Shown here: one piece after another, positions 28,918 to 37,742 of the stretch | Layout of the letters: every line of letters begins with the position of its first letter | Numbering within the stretch: the first letter of the stretch is position 1 | From: Candidatus Woesearchaeota archaeon | Lineage (GTDB): Archaea; Nanobdellota; Nanobdellia; Pacearchaeales; GW2011-AR1 | Length of the DNA stretch: 64,000 nt | Assembly (NCBI GenBank): GCA_964448605.1 | Contig: CAYUZV010000004.1 | Location: 645-64,644 of the forward strand | Direction of reading: 5' to 3' | Program-made: the position numbers and the translations under genes | The notes under the pieces: model-generated | Told to the model about the DNA's origin: nothing | Database searches by the model: none | Seen by the model: only the letters and a program-made list of their open reading frames with translations

Positions 28918-29002
28918 TTCTCAAAACTGCCCAAAAAACCCTCTAAAAAATAATTTATTTATATATTCCTGTTAAAATTTCCTTAAAGATTTACCATACA
29001 AA

Positions 29003-29416
29003 TCACTCTTTCACCAATCTAATTTCAATAGCAGAAACAAAAATCCTTTTTCCTTCTTTATTTTCAAACTGTTCTGAAGTAATCTTAATTCCCTCAATCT
29101 GGATATTCTCTTCTTTTAAAAAAGTTCTTCTTGCAACTTCAACAACATCAACTGCCTTTGAAATAAACTTACCTCTTGCAGAAACCAAAACCTCATCCTG
29201 CCCTTTATTTTGAAATTGCATAACAACACCAGTAACATAATTCATAAATGGCTTAATTCCAACAAAAATTCTATTATCTTTTTCAAATTTTACACTTTTT
29301 TCTGAAGAACTATTTTCAGATTTTTCAAAATCTGATTTCCCTTTATCCTCAAAAGACTCTCCCCCTCCAAAATTATCAGAATTCTGGACTTCACCAACTT
29401 TATTCTCTTCTTCCAT
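29003..29416 (-). CDS. albA: Alba DNA/RNA-binding protein with ~45-aa acidic N-terminal extension
   Basis: NRIFVGIKPFMNYV...VSARGKFISKAVDVVEVARR...VSAIEIRL. Confidence 0.8.
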   Translation of the reverse strand: MEEENKVGEVQNSDNFGGGESFEDKGKSDFEKSENSSSEKSVKFEKDNRIFVGIKPFMNYVTGVVMQFQNKGQDEVLVSARGKFISKAVDVVEVARRTFLKEENIQIEGIKITSEQFENKEGKRIFVSAIEIRLVKE

Positions 29417-29417
29417 T

Positions 29418-29615
29418 TTAACTCTTCTTCTTTTCTATCTTTTTAATCCGAGTAATATGTCCTGCAATTTGATTTCTAACTTTTTTAAAAACCAAAACAT
29501 CTCTCAAAATTCCTTTGTTTTCATCAAAATTATCACTAAATCTATCACTTTCCTTCAAAAGATTTCTACCTGTTCTCTTAATCAATTTCGACTTTATTCG
29601 TCCCATTTTAAGCAC
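29418..29615 (-). CDS. rps17e: 30S ribosomal protein S17e
   Basis: MGRIKSKLIKRTGRNLL...FDENK...NQIAGHITR. Confidence 0.85.
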   Translation of the reverse strand: MLKMGRIKSKLIKRTGRNLLKESDRFSDNFDENKGILRDVLVFKKVRNQIAGHITRIKKIEKKKS

Positions 29616-29670
29616 TATTAAGTTGAAATCATCCTTTTTAAATATTATTGTTTACCAATAAACAAAAAAA

Positions 29671-30609
29671 TCATCCTAATTTCAATCTCTTCAAAACACT
29701 CCAATACTTTTCAAAATACTCTTCAGCTTTTTTACTCAAATCCCCCTTATAAATCAACAAAGCAGGCAAAGGAATCTTCTGTGAATCACTCAAAAGCTTT
29801 TTCAAATCAGATTCAGAAATTTTCTTCTTATCCTTTGCCTGACAAAAAAAATCAATAACACCTAATTCAGATCTTATCCTCAAAACACAATTATACTCTC
29901 TTGCCTTATGTTCTCTTTCTTCAACAATCCTAAAACCTTTTTGATTAATAAAATCAACAACACCCATAGAAAACTCTGATTTAGTTTTTTCTTTCTTAAT
30001 CTCCTTCATAACCAAAGGATTTCCAAACTCATTAGATTCTTCACTAAAATTTCCAGAAACAACTCTTTCAGAAACAGGAGAATCTCTCTCAACCTTCTTC
30101 ACCTCCTCTTCTCTTCTCTCATTCCTATCAACAACACCTTCAGAAATATTTTCATTTTTTTTAACTTCCTTCTCAAAAGAGGGCTCTAAAATCCTCCTAA
30201 CATCCTCATCACTAACTGAAAAATATTTCCAATATACCTCACCATCTTTATTAAACTCTCTTGAAAAATCCTTAATAGAACGAAGTGCAACTCTAATTGC
30301 AGGCTCTTGTTCACTCTCTTTCAAAATCTTTTTATCTCTAAGCAAAATAAATGCCTCATGCTCCTTAGGATGAAGATGATTAGAAAAACTCTCTAACCTA
30401 TCTTCCTGTCCTTTCAAATAATAAAGAGGCGAACCACCCACCTTAAGATTACTAACAACTATCTTCTTCTCACTAACCATTTCAGACAAAAAAGCACTCA
30501 CAAAAAGCGAACTCATCTCAATTGCCTTAGCTATGTGAACAGGCAAACTCGGTCCTTTTTCATTCAAAACCTGAATAATTTTATCATGGGTCTCTTTTCC
30601 AGATATCAT
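29671..30609 (-). CDS. winged-helix protein with C-terminal Mrr-like (PD-(D/E)xK) nuclease-fold domain
   Basis: N-terminal wHTH-like region (IIQVLNEKGPSLPVHIAKAI...GGSPLYYL). C-terminal GVIDFFCQAKDKKKISESDLKKL matches D-x-QAK of restriction-endonuclease-like folds. Confidence 0.45.
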   Translation of the reverse strand: MISGKETHDKIIQVLNEKGPSLPVHIAKAIEMSSLFVSAFLSEMVSEKKIVVSNLKVGGSPLYYLKGQEDRLESFSNHLHPKEHEAFILLRDKKILKESEQEPAIRVALRSIKDFSREFNKDGEVYWKYFSVSDEDVRRILEPSFEKEVKKNENISEGVVDRNERREEEVKKVERDSPVSERVVSGNFSEESNEFGNPLVMKEIKKEKTKSEFSMGVVDFINQKGFRIVEEREHKAREYNCVLRIRSELGVIDFFCQAKDKKKISESDLKKLLSDSQKIPLPALLIYKGDLSKKAEEYFEKYWSVLKRLKLG

Positions 30610-30643
30610 TAAAATCCTAAAAACACTTCATTAATAAACTTTT

Positions 30644-30830
30644 GTGAAAATCACCAAAACCTTCGGTTTTGAACCTGCACATAAATGTGCAGGTTTGTAT
30701 TGGTTTACTTGAAAATCCATGATTTTCAATGCCCCAAAAAATCTTAGATTTTTTGAGGAGTGAGTCAGAGTGAAATACAGATGCAAAACATCTGACTGCA
30801 CACTAAAGTGTGCAGTTTTATTTTACTCTG
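30644..30830 (+). other. cluster of six or seven perfect hairpins plus a 12-bp long-range stem (candidate structured RNA or operator array)
   Basis: Arms: 30655-61/65-71; 30672-81/86-95; 30709-17/21-29; 30735-43/47-55; 30778-83/89-94; 30796-803/808-815. The closing stem 30766-77/30819-30 contains one G-T pair, allowed only in plus-strand RNA. Confidence 0.6.
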
Positions 30831-31119
30831 AATAATTTTAATGTAATGTCCGGAAATTATTTCACCCTTTAGATTATAATCTATTTTACATTAGTAAGTT
30901 AAGTATAACTAAACTCACTAATGCCCGGATTAAATAGATAATTAGAAAAAAGAAAAAGTAAGGAGAAAGGGTTTCAGTCAAACAAATTTAACAAAAATAA
31001 TGCTCATTAGCAAAGGCAACTTAGACTAAAAAAGAAACAAATACCTTGCAAAACTCACTTCATTAGAAGAACAAGAAAGATTTCTCAGAGAATATTAAAA
31101 ATTTCTAGAATTCAAATAA

Positions 31120-32082
31120 TCACCCACCAAAACCAGCAAAAAACTCCACAATTACAAATAAAATATAAACAAATATCAGACTAACTCCCTCTATTTTTTC
31201 TAATTTTTCACCTGTTTTCAGAAAAGTCACAAAAATAAATCCTGATACAAACATAAAAATTCCTGAAACAAAAAACGGAACAAATGCAGTTGTAATTGGA
31301 TGAATCAAAGCAACAATACCTAAAATCAAGCAGGCATTTGTAACAACACTTCCAATTTGATCTCCAATCGCCATTTCCTTGTGATTCATATTTCCTGCTG
31401 AAAGTCCAAAAACTAATTCAGGCAAACTTGTCGCAATTGAAAGAAAAAATAAACCAATCATAATTTCAGGCAATTCCAAATCATTTGCTAATCCAACAGC
31501 ACTCTTAACAACAAAATTAGATGAAATAAACAAACCAGCCAAAGCACCTAAAAAAATCAACAACCAATAAAAACGACTAATTCTAAAACTAACTTTTTTC
31601 CTATGATTCATTTTTTTTGAATATTTTTTTCTCTTTTTAAAAACCTTGTAATTATGAACTAAAAACAAACCCAATAAAATAAAACCATCAAACCTTGACA
31701 AACCCTTATCAATAAAAAACAAAAACAAAACTAAAAACAAAACCAAAAGCATAAAATAAACATCACTTCCAACTCTTTTTGATTTAAACTTAATTTCATT
31801 AGAAGAAACAATAACAATTCCAGAAATAAGAGTAAGATTAATTATATTAGCACCAATAATATTTCCCAAAGAAAGTTCAGGATTTCCAGACAAAGCACTT
31901 GAAACACCTACAAAAAGTTCAGGAATCGAAGTTGCAAAAGCCATGATTATAAATGCAGCAGAAAATTGCGAAATCCCTAAAAAACCCGCAATACGAGTCA
32001 AAGACTTAACCAAATAAATTCCTGAAACTATCAAAACAGCACAAGATACAATAAAATAAATCAAATTTAATATCATCTTCAC
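31120..32082 (-). CDS. Ca2+/Na+ antiporter (CaCA/YrbG family)
   Basis: About 10 TM helices. Alpha-repeat motifs SIPELFVGVSSALSG...GNIIGANIINLTL and SLPELVFGLSAG...GDQIGSVVTN. Confidence 0.8.
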   Translation of the reverse strand: MKMILNLIYFIVSCAVLIVSGIYLVKSLTRIAGFLGISQFSAAFIIMAFATSIPELFVGVSSALSGNPELSLGNIIGANIINLTLISGIVIVSSNEIKFKSKRVGSDVYFMLLVLFLVLFLFFIDKGLSRFDGFILLGLFLVHNYKVFKKRKKYSKKMNHRKKVSFRISRFYWLLIFLGALAGLFISSNFVVKSAVGLANDLELPEIMIGLFFLSIATSLPELVFGLSAGNMNHKEMAIGDQIGSVVTNACLILGIVALIHPITTAFVPFFVSGIFMFVSGFIFVTFLKTGEKLEKIEGVSLIFVYILFVIVEFFAGFGG

Positions 32083-32116
32083 CTCTAATCAAATAAAGAA
32101 TAAAACTTTTTTAAAT

Positions 32117-32491
32117 CTATCCAATAACAGACATTATACCTTGAAAAATTATATAACCAAGAATAATAATAGTAACTATCTTCAAAATTTCAAGAAAATC
32201 AATTTCAGCTTTTTTCATTTTTAACCACTCAACATCTTTCTCTAAACTAATCAAACGATTATTTGTATTTAAATCTTTCTTAATGTTCCTAATATTTTCC
32301 TTATTTTTTTTAGATTCATTTCCAACATCCCTTACATAATTACTAACATAAAGAATCAAAGCTAACAACAAGGAAATAAAAATAGCATAATGCCTTTGCT
32401 CAGGAAGAAAAACAGCAACCAAAACACCATTGACAACAAAAAGACCTCCAATTAAATTAGTCACAACCTCAAGATTTCCTGATTTCATCAA
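32117..32491 (-). CDS. membrane protein (124 aa)
   Basis: Two N-terminal TM helices, a short coiled coil and a C-terminal TM. Confidence 0.45.
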   Translation of the reverse strand: MMKSGNLEVVTNLIGGLFVVNGVLVAVFLPEQRHYAIFISLLLALILYVSNYVRDVGNESKKNKENIRNIKKDLNTNNRLISLEKDVEWLKMKKAEIDFLEILKIVTIIILGYIIFQGIMSVIG

Positions 32492-32571
32492 TTACCTAAC
32501 TATTTTAATTTATAAAAATTATTATAATCAAAACCAAACATTTTTTAAACTCACTGCATTAATAAAATATT

Positions 32572-35028
32572 ATGACAAAAATCAATTTCAAACATATAGA
32601 AAAAAAATGGCAAAATAAATGGGAAGAAAACAAAATCTTTCAGACAAAAGAACAAGGAAAAAAATATTATGTTCTTGAAATGTTCCCTTATCCATCAGGT
32701 TCAGGACTTCACATGGGACATGCCTTAAACTACACAATCGGAGATATTTATGCAAGATTCAAAAGAATGAAAGAATTTAATGTTCTCTACCCAATGGGAT
32801 ATGATGCATTAGGACTTCCAGCAGAAAATGCAGCAATCAAACAAGGAATCCATCCAAAAAAATTTACAGAAAAAGCAATAGACAATTTCATAAAACAACA
32901 AAAAGAGTTAGGACTAAGTTATGACTGGACAAAACTCCTAAAAACCTGCGACTCCGAATACTACAAATGGAATCAATACTTTTTCCTAAAATTTTTAGAA
33001 AAAAATTTAGCTTATAGAAAAAAATCGCCTGTAAATTGGTGTCCAAAATGCAACACCGTCCTTGCAAATGAACAAGTTCATAATGGAAAATGCTGGAGAC
33101 ATCAAGAAACAGAAGTTGAAATAAAACATTTAGAACAATGGTTCATTAAAACAACAAAATATGCAGATGAACTTCTTGACTCAATTGATAATTTAGAATG
33201 GCCTGAAAGAATAAAAATTATGCAAAAAAACTGGATTGGAAAATCTTATGGAACAGAGATAGATTTTGAAGTTAATGGAGAAAAATGGCCTATTTTCACA
33301 ACAAGACCTGATACAATTTACGGAGTAACTTTTATGGTAATATCAGCACAACATCCACGACTAATTGAATTAGTCACAAAAGAACAAGAATCAAAAATAA
33401 AAAATTTCCTGAAAAAAACAAAATCAACAAGTCAAAAAGATTTGGATGAACTTGAAAAACAAGGAGCATTCACCGGAAGTTATGCAATAAATCCAATTAA
33501 TAATGAAAAAATACCAATCCATGTTGGAAATTTTGTCTTAGCAGACTACGGAACTGGAATGATAATGGCTGTCCCTGCTCATGACCAAAGAGACTTTGAA
33601 TTTGCAAAAAAATATGACATACCCATAAAAATCGTCATTCAACCAGATGCTTATGAAATTAATCCAGAAAAAATGTCAAGAGCTTATACAGGCGATGGAA
33701 AATTAACCAATTCAGAAGAATTCAATGCATGGAGTAATAAAGAAGCAATTGATGAAATAACAAAAACACTGACAAAAAAGAAAATAGGAAGAAAAACAAT
33801 CCAATACAAATTAAAGGATTGGTTAATATCAAGACAAAGATACTGGGGAACTCCCATTCCAATAATTTATTGCGAAAATTGCGGACCTCAACCAGTTCCT
33901 GAAAAAGAACTTCCAGTTGAACTTCCTGAAAAAGTAAAATTCGGAAAAGGAAATCCATTAGAAACTGCAGAAAACTGGATAAACACAAAATGTCCAAAAT
34001 GCAAAAAACCTGCAAAAAGAGAAACAGACACAATGGACACCTTCTTTGATTCAAGCTGGTATTTTCTAAGATATTGCGATAACAAAAACAACAAAAAACC
34101 ATTTGAAGAAAAAAAAATAAAATACTGGATGCCAGTTGACCAATACATTGGAGGAGCAGAACATGCCTGCATGCATTTAATCTATGCAAGATTTTTCACA
34201 AAAGCACTAAGAGATTTAGGACTTCTAAAAATAAACGAACCATTTAAAAAATTGTTCAACCAGGGAATGCTCCACGGAGAAGATGGATTTGTAATGAGTA
34301 AATCAAGAGGAAATGTAGTCCTTCCAGAAATCGTCTCAAAAAAATACGGAATAGACACAGCAAGATTATTTCTCATTTCAACAGCAAGCCCTGACAAAGA
34401 TATCCACTGGAATGAAAAAGGCATCCAGGGTTCCCTAAAATTAATCAAAAAAATATTTGATTATTTATCAAAATTAGAATTCAAAAAATCAACAAAAAGA
34501 ATCCAAAGTAAACTAAACAAAACAATAAAAGAAATTGAACCAGATATTGAAAACTTCAAATACAATTTAGCAATAATAAAAATAAGAAACCTATTTGAAA
34601 TTTTTCAAGAAGAATCTGTTTCAAAAGAAGACACAGAATCTTTTTTAAAAATCCTTCATCCTTTCTGCCCTCATATAACAGAAGAACTCTGGGAAAAGAT
34701 AAACAATAAACCTTTCATCACAAATCAAAAATGGCCAAAATATGATGAATCAAAAATCGATGAAGAACTCGAAAAACAAGATATCCAAATCCAAAACACT
34801 TTAGAAGACATATCAAACATAATAAAAATAATTGAATCAAAAGGAAAAAGAACAAAAAAAATATACTTATACATAATTCCAAATGAAGATTTCTACAATT
34901 CAGAAAAAATATCTAAAAAACTAAATAAAAAAATAATAATCCATAAAGTCAATGACAAAAATAAATACGACCCTGAAGAAAAATCAAAAAAAGCAAAATC
35001 AGGAAAACCTGGAATTTATATTGAATAA
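32572..35028 (+). CDS. leuS: leucyl-tRNA synthetase, bacterial-type (818 aa)
   Basis: MFPYPSGSGLHMGHALNYTIGDIYARFKRM...YPMGYDALGLPAENAAIK, and VMSKSRGN (KMSKS). Length and N-terminal block match bacterial LeuS. Confidence 0.92.
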   Translation: MTKINFKHIEKKWQNKWEENKIFQTKEQGKKYYVLEMFPYPSGSGLHMGHALNYTIGDIYARFKRMKEFNVLYPMGYDALGLPAENAAIKQGIHPKKFTEKAIDNFIKQQKELGLSYDWTKLLKTCDSEYYKWNQYFFLKFLEKNLAYRKKSPVNWCPKCNTVLANEQVHNGKCWRHQETEVEIKHLEQWFIKTTKYADELLDSIDNLEWPERIKIMQKNWIGKSYGTEIDFEVNGEKWPIFTTRPDTIYGVTFMVISAQHPRLIELVTKEQESKIKNFLKKTKSTSQKDLDELEKQGAFTGSYAINPINNEKIPIHVGNFVLADYGTGMIMAVPAHDQRDFEFAKKYDIPIKIVIQPDAYEINPEKMSRAYTGDGKLTNSEEFNAWSNKEAIDEITKTLTKKKIGRKTIQYKLKDWLISRQRYWGTPIPIIYCENCGPQPVPEKELPVELPEKVKFGKGNPLETAENWINTKCPKCKKPAKRETDTMDTFFDSSWYFLRYCDNKNNKKPFEEKKIKYWMPVDQYIGGAEHACMHLIYARFFTKALRDLGLLKINEPFKKLFNQGMLHGEDGFVMSKSRGNVVLPEIVSKKYGIDTARLFLISTASPDKDIHWNEKGIQGSLKLIKKIFDYLSKLEFKKSTKRIQSKLNKTIKEIEPDIENFKYNLAIIKIRNLFEIFQEESVSKEDTESFLKILHPFCPHITEELWEKINNKPFITNQKWPKYDESKIDEELEKQDIQIQNTLEDISNIIKIIESKGKRTKKIYLYIIPNEDFYNSEKISKKLNKKIIIHKVNDKNKYDPEEKSKKAKSGKPGIYIE

Positions 35029-35055
35029 AAAAACAAAAAACCTCTTTTAAATCCT

Positions 35056-35205
35056 TTAATGCTCGTGTTTCTTCAAAACAAATCCGCATTCAGTATTTGA
35101 ACATTTCCATTTCTCAAACACATCTTCTTCAAAAGAAAATGGCAATAAGCATCCTTTCTCACACTTAGGACACTTTGGAAATATTCCTCTGTCACTTAAT
35201 TCCAT
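35056..35205 (-). CDS. small zinc-ribbon protein (49 aa, below ORF-track cutoff)
   Basis: Hand translation: MELSDRGIFPKCPKCEKGCLLPFSFEEDVFEKWKCSNTECGFVLKKHEH. CxxC...CxxxC pattern. GGAGG lies 8 nt upstream of the ATG. Confidence 0.45.
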   Translation of the reverse strand: MELSDRGIFPKCPKCEKGCLLPFSFEEDVFEKWKCSNTECGFVLKKHEH

Positions 35206-35242
35206 TTTTCCGCCTCCATTGTATTTAATTTAGTATCCATTT

Positions 35243-36979
35243 TCACTCCAAAACTCCTTTTATCCTTCTAACTCCTGAAGATGAACTTTCTTCTTTTTTA
35301 ATCCTAAACTTTCCCAACTCTCCTGTAGAAGAAACATGAGGTCCAGCACAAATTTCTTTTGAAAAATTTCCAATAGAATAAACCTTAACCTTGCCACCAT
35401 ATTTTGACTCAAAAACCCCTTGAGCACCAACTTCCTTAGCACGAGAAACACTCATCTCCTCACACTCAACAGACAAGTCCTCTTTAATTTTTTCATTAAC
35501 CAAATTCTCAATTTTCTTTTTCTCTTCATCACTCAATTTTCTATCAAAATTAAAATCAAATCTCAATCTTTCTCCAGTAATATTAGAACCTCTTTGTTCA
35601 ATCTCCTGCCCTAAAATTCTTCTCAATGCTTCAGCCAACAAATGAGTTGCAGTATGCAATTTAGTTGTTTCCTCTGAACTATCAGCCAAACCAGATTTAA
35701 ATCTCCCTTGAGTAGCAGTCCGCGAAAGCTCCTGATGTTTCTCAAACTCTTTTTCAAAACCTTTTTCATCAACCTTAACTCCTTTTTCCTTACCTAACTC
35801 AATAGTCATCTCAATCGGAAAACCATAACTTTGATACAACAAAAAAGCATTCTTCCCGGAAATATTCCCTGAAGACAATCTATCAAAAACCCTCATACCT
35901 CTTTCAATAGTTTCCAAAAAGTTTTCTTCCTCTTTAACTAATTCATTTAAAATTTTTTCCTTATCTTTCAAAATATCATAATCCCTATAAATCTCAAAAA
36001 CAGATTTTCCAATTTCCTTAACAAAATTTTTCATTCCCAATACACGCCCATATCTTACAGCCCTTCTAATCAATCTCCTCAAAACATAACCCTGTTCAGA
36101 ATTAGAAGGAACAACACCATCTCCAATAATAAAAACACTCGCCTTAATATGGTCAGCAATAATCCTCATTTCTCTTTTATTCTCATCATATTTCTTTTCA
36201 CTCACTTTCTCTATACTCTGAATAACCTTTAAAAAACAATCAGTCAAATAGTTATCATTTAATCCATTTAAAACAGCAACTGTTCTCTCAACTCCCATTC
36301 CTGTATCAATATTCTTCTGTTTCGCCTCATTGTAAGAACCTGAATCATCCTTCTCATATTGCATTAAAACATCATTCCAAATCTCAACCCAATTTTTATC
36401 ATCAGAATTAAATTTATCAGGAACTTTTTCAGAACCACTCCAATAAAACATTTCAGTATCAGGACCACAAGGACCTGTGTTTCCAGCAGGTCCCCACCAA
36501 TTATCCTTTTTACCTAAAAAAACAATCCTCTCCTCATCCAACCCAAGTCCCTTCCATATTTCAAAACTCTCTTTATCCTTAGGTGCATCCTTATCTCCCT
36601 TAAAACAACTAACTCCTAATTTATCAACTGAAATACCTAACTCCTCAGTCAAAAACTCAAAACTCCACTCAATAGCTTCTTTTTTAAAATAATCACCCAA
36701 ACTCCAATTTCCCAACATCTCAAAAAATGTATGATGCACTTCATCACCTACTTCCTCAATATCTCCTGTCCTAATGCATCTTTGAACATTCACCAATCTT
36801 GAACCAGATGGATGCTTCTGCCCCAAAAGATAAGGAACCAAAGGATGCATACCTGCAGTGGTAAACAAAACAGTAGGATCATTTTCAGGAATAAGAGAAA
36901 AATTAGAAATCTCTTTATGTCCTTTCTCCTTAAAAAATTCAATATATTTTTTCATTAATTCCTTTCTATCCATCTCCAA
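35243..36979 (-). CDS. alaS: alanyl-tRNA synthetase, short bacterial-like form lacking the C-Ala domain (578 aa)
   Basis: FFKEKGH, DPTVLFTTAGM, QRCIRTGDIEEVGD..HHTFFEMLGNWSLGDYFK, and the editing-domain motif HTATHLL. Confidence 0.9.
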   Translation of the reverse strand: MEMDRKELMKKYIEFFKEKGHKEISNFSLIPENDPTVLFTTAGMHPLVPYLLGQKHPSGSRLVNVQRCIRTGDIEEVGDEVHHTFFEMLGNWSLGDYFKKEAIEWSFEFLTEELGISVDKLGVSCFKGDKDAPKDKESFEIWKGLGLDEERIVFLGKKDNWWGPAGNTGPCGPDTEMFYWSGSEKVPDKFNSDDKNWVEIWNDVLMQYEKDDSGSYNEAKQKNIDTGMGVERTVAVLNGLNDNYLTDCFLKVIQSIEKVSEKKYDENKREMRIIADHIKASVFIIGDGVVPSNSEQGYVLRRLIRRAVRYGRVLGMKNFVKEIGKSVFEIYRDYDILKDKEKILNELVKEEENFLETIERGMRVFDRLSSGNISGKNAFLLYQSYGFPIEMTIELGKEKGVKVDEKGFEKEFEKHQELSRTATQGRFKSGLADSSEETTKLHTATHLLAEALRRILGQEIEQRGSNITGERLRFDFNFDRKLSDEEKKKIENLVNEKIKEDLSVECEEMSVSRAKEVGAQGVFESKYGGKVKVYSIGNFSKEICAGPHVSSTGELGKFRIKKEESSSSGVRRIKGVLE

Positions 36980-37188
36980 TAAAGAAAATAAAGGTTTAAA
37001 AAATCTTTGATAATGTTAAGTACACTTCAAAAATGTACCTACTCTGCAACAGACATTCACCCGTCTGCTCTGCATAACTTATAGAGATTTGATAAATAAA
37101 CTCATTTTATCAGACATTCTCAATTAAAAAAGAAAATTTGGTTAGCGAAACTTCCAAGTTTTCAAAGAGATGTGCAGAAATCCAAACC

Positions 37189-37518
37189 TCACTTCTCCAA
37201 TTTCTCCAGTTTCTTCTTTATCTCATCCAACTCTTTATAAAAATCATCACCCTTTTCTCTTTTTACACTTTTTTCTTTCTTCTGTTCCTCATTCAAAGAT
37301 TCCTTAGGCAAACTTGACAAAAACAAACCTGATGCCCTTTTCAAAGCACTCAACTGATTTTTAAATTTCCCTTTTTCAGCAAATTCCCTTTTTCTCAAAT
37401 TCTTGTATGCTTTAAGTTTCTTTCCAATTTTCAAAAGATTCATCTCTAAATTCAAAAGTTCTTTTTTAGCATTCATTGCCTCTTCAAAATCCAATCTAAC
37501 ATGTCTTGTCTCTACCAT
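37189..37518 (-). CDS. coiled-coil protein (109 aa from Met7) with HVRLDFEE motif
   Basis: MVETRHVRLDFEEAMNAKKELLNLEMNLLKI..., K/E-rich. The ATG follows the upstream stop directly. Confidence 0.5.
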   Translation of the reverse strand: MVETRHVRLDFEEAMNAKKELLNLEMNLLKIGKKLKAYKNLRKREFAEKGKFKNQLSALKRASGLFLSSLPKESLNEEQKKEKSVKREKGDDFYKELDEIKKKLEKLEK

Positions 37519-37519
37519 T

Positions 37520-37738
37520 TTAAAAATCATAATCATCTTCAGTTTTATAAGAATCTGAATGAAAATAACTTGAAGAAATTAAAGCACCTAAGGTAGATAA
37601 TCCAAAAACAGTAGTTCCTGTATCTACTCCATAATACCTTGCAACAATTCCTCCTCCCACAGCACCTCCGCAAAAAATCATTAAAGGAACCGATTTAACA
37701 ATAAGATTCACTAATCCTGATTTATTTTTTTCTTCCAT
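37520..37738 (-). CDS. small Gly-zipper membrane protein (72 aa from Met16)
   Basis: FCGGAVGGGIVARYYG...GLSTLGALISS. The Met16 ATG lies 4 nt after the upstream stop. Confidence 0.45.
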   Translation of the reverse strand: MEEKNKSGLVNLIVKSVPLMIFCGGAVGGGIVARYYGVDTGTTVFGLSTLGALISSSYFHSDSYKTEDDYDF

Positions 37739-37742
37739 TTTA

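Noticed and set aside
30672-30815. Possible CRISPR-like repeats (CTGCACA-containing palindromes)
   Set aside because: There are only two copies, in hairpin form, with irregular spacing and no spacer/repeat periodicity. No cas genes are in the window.
30610-31119. Tested the long intergenic region as 5S rRNA, SRP RNA or RNase P RNA
   Set aside because: Only loose word matches were found (GTAAGTTAAGT versus the 5S GAAGUUAAG; TCCGGAA versus the SRP helix-8 GGAA loop; GAGGAGTGAGTC versus RNase P CR-I). The surrounding helices do not fit any of these folds, and the perfect palindromes are atypical for them. It is kept as an unknown element instead.
33722-34448. Antisense ORFs inside leuS (33722..34189, 33888..34172, 34182..34448). 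The same applies to antisense ORFs inside glyS, alaS, the beta-propeller gene and the platform gene
   Set aside because: All are embedded in strongly supported conserved genes on the opposite strand, so they are shadow ORFs.
36980-37188. Intergenic region upstream of alaS with short hairpins (GTACA…TGTAC, CAGAC…GTCTG) and repeated CTCTGCA words
   Set aside because: The stems are only 5 bp, there is no second copy, and there is no covariation evidence. It is probably just the divergent/terminator region.
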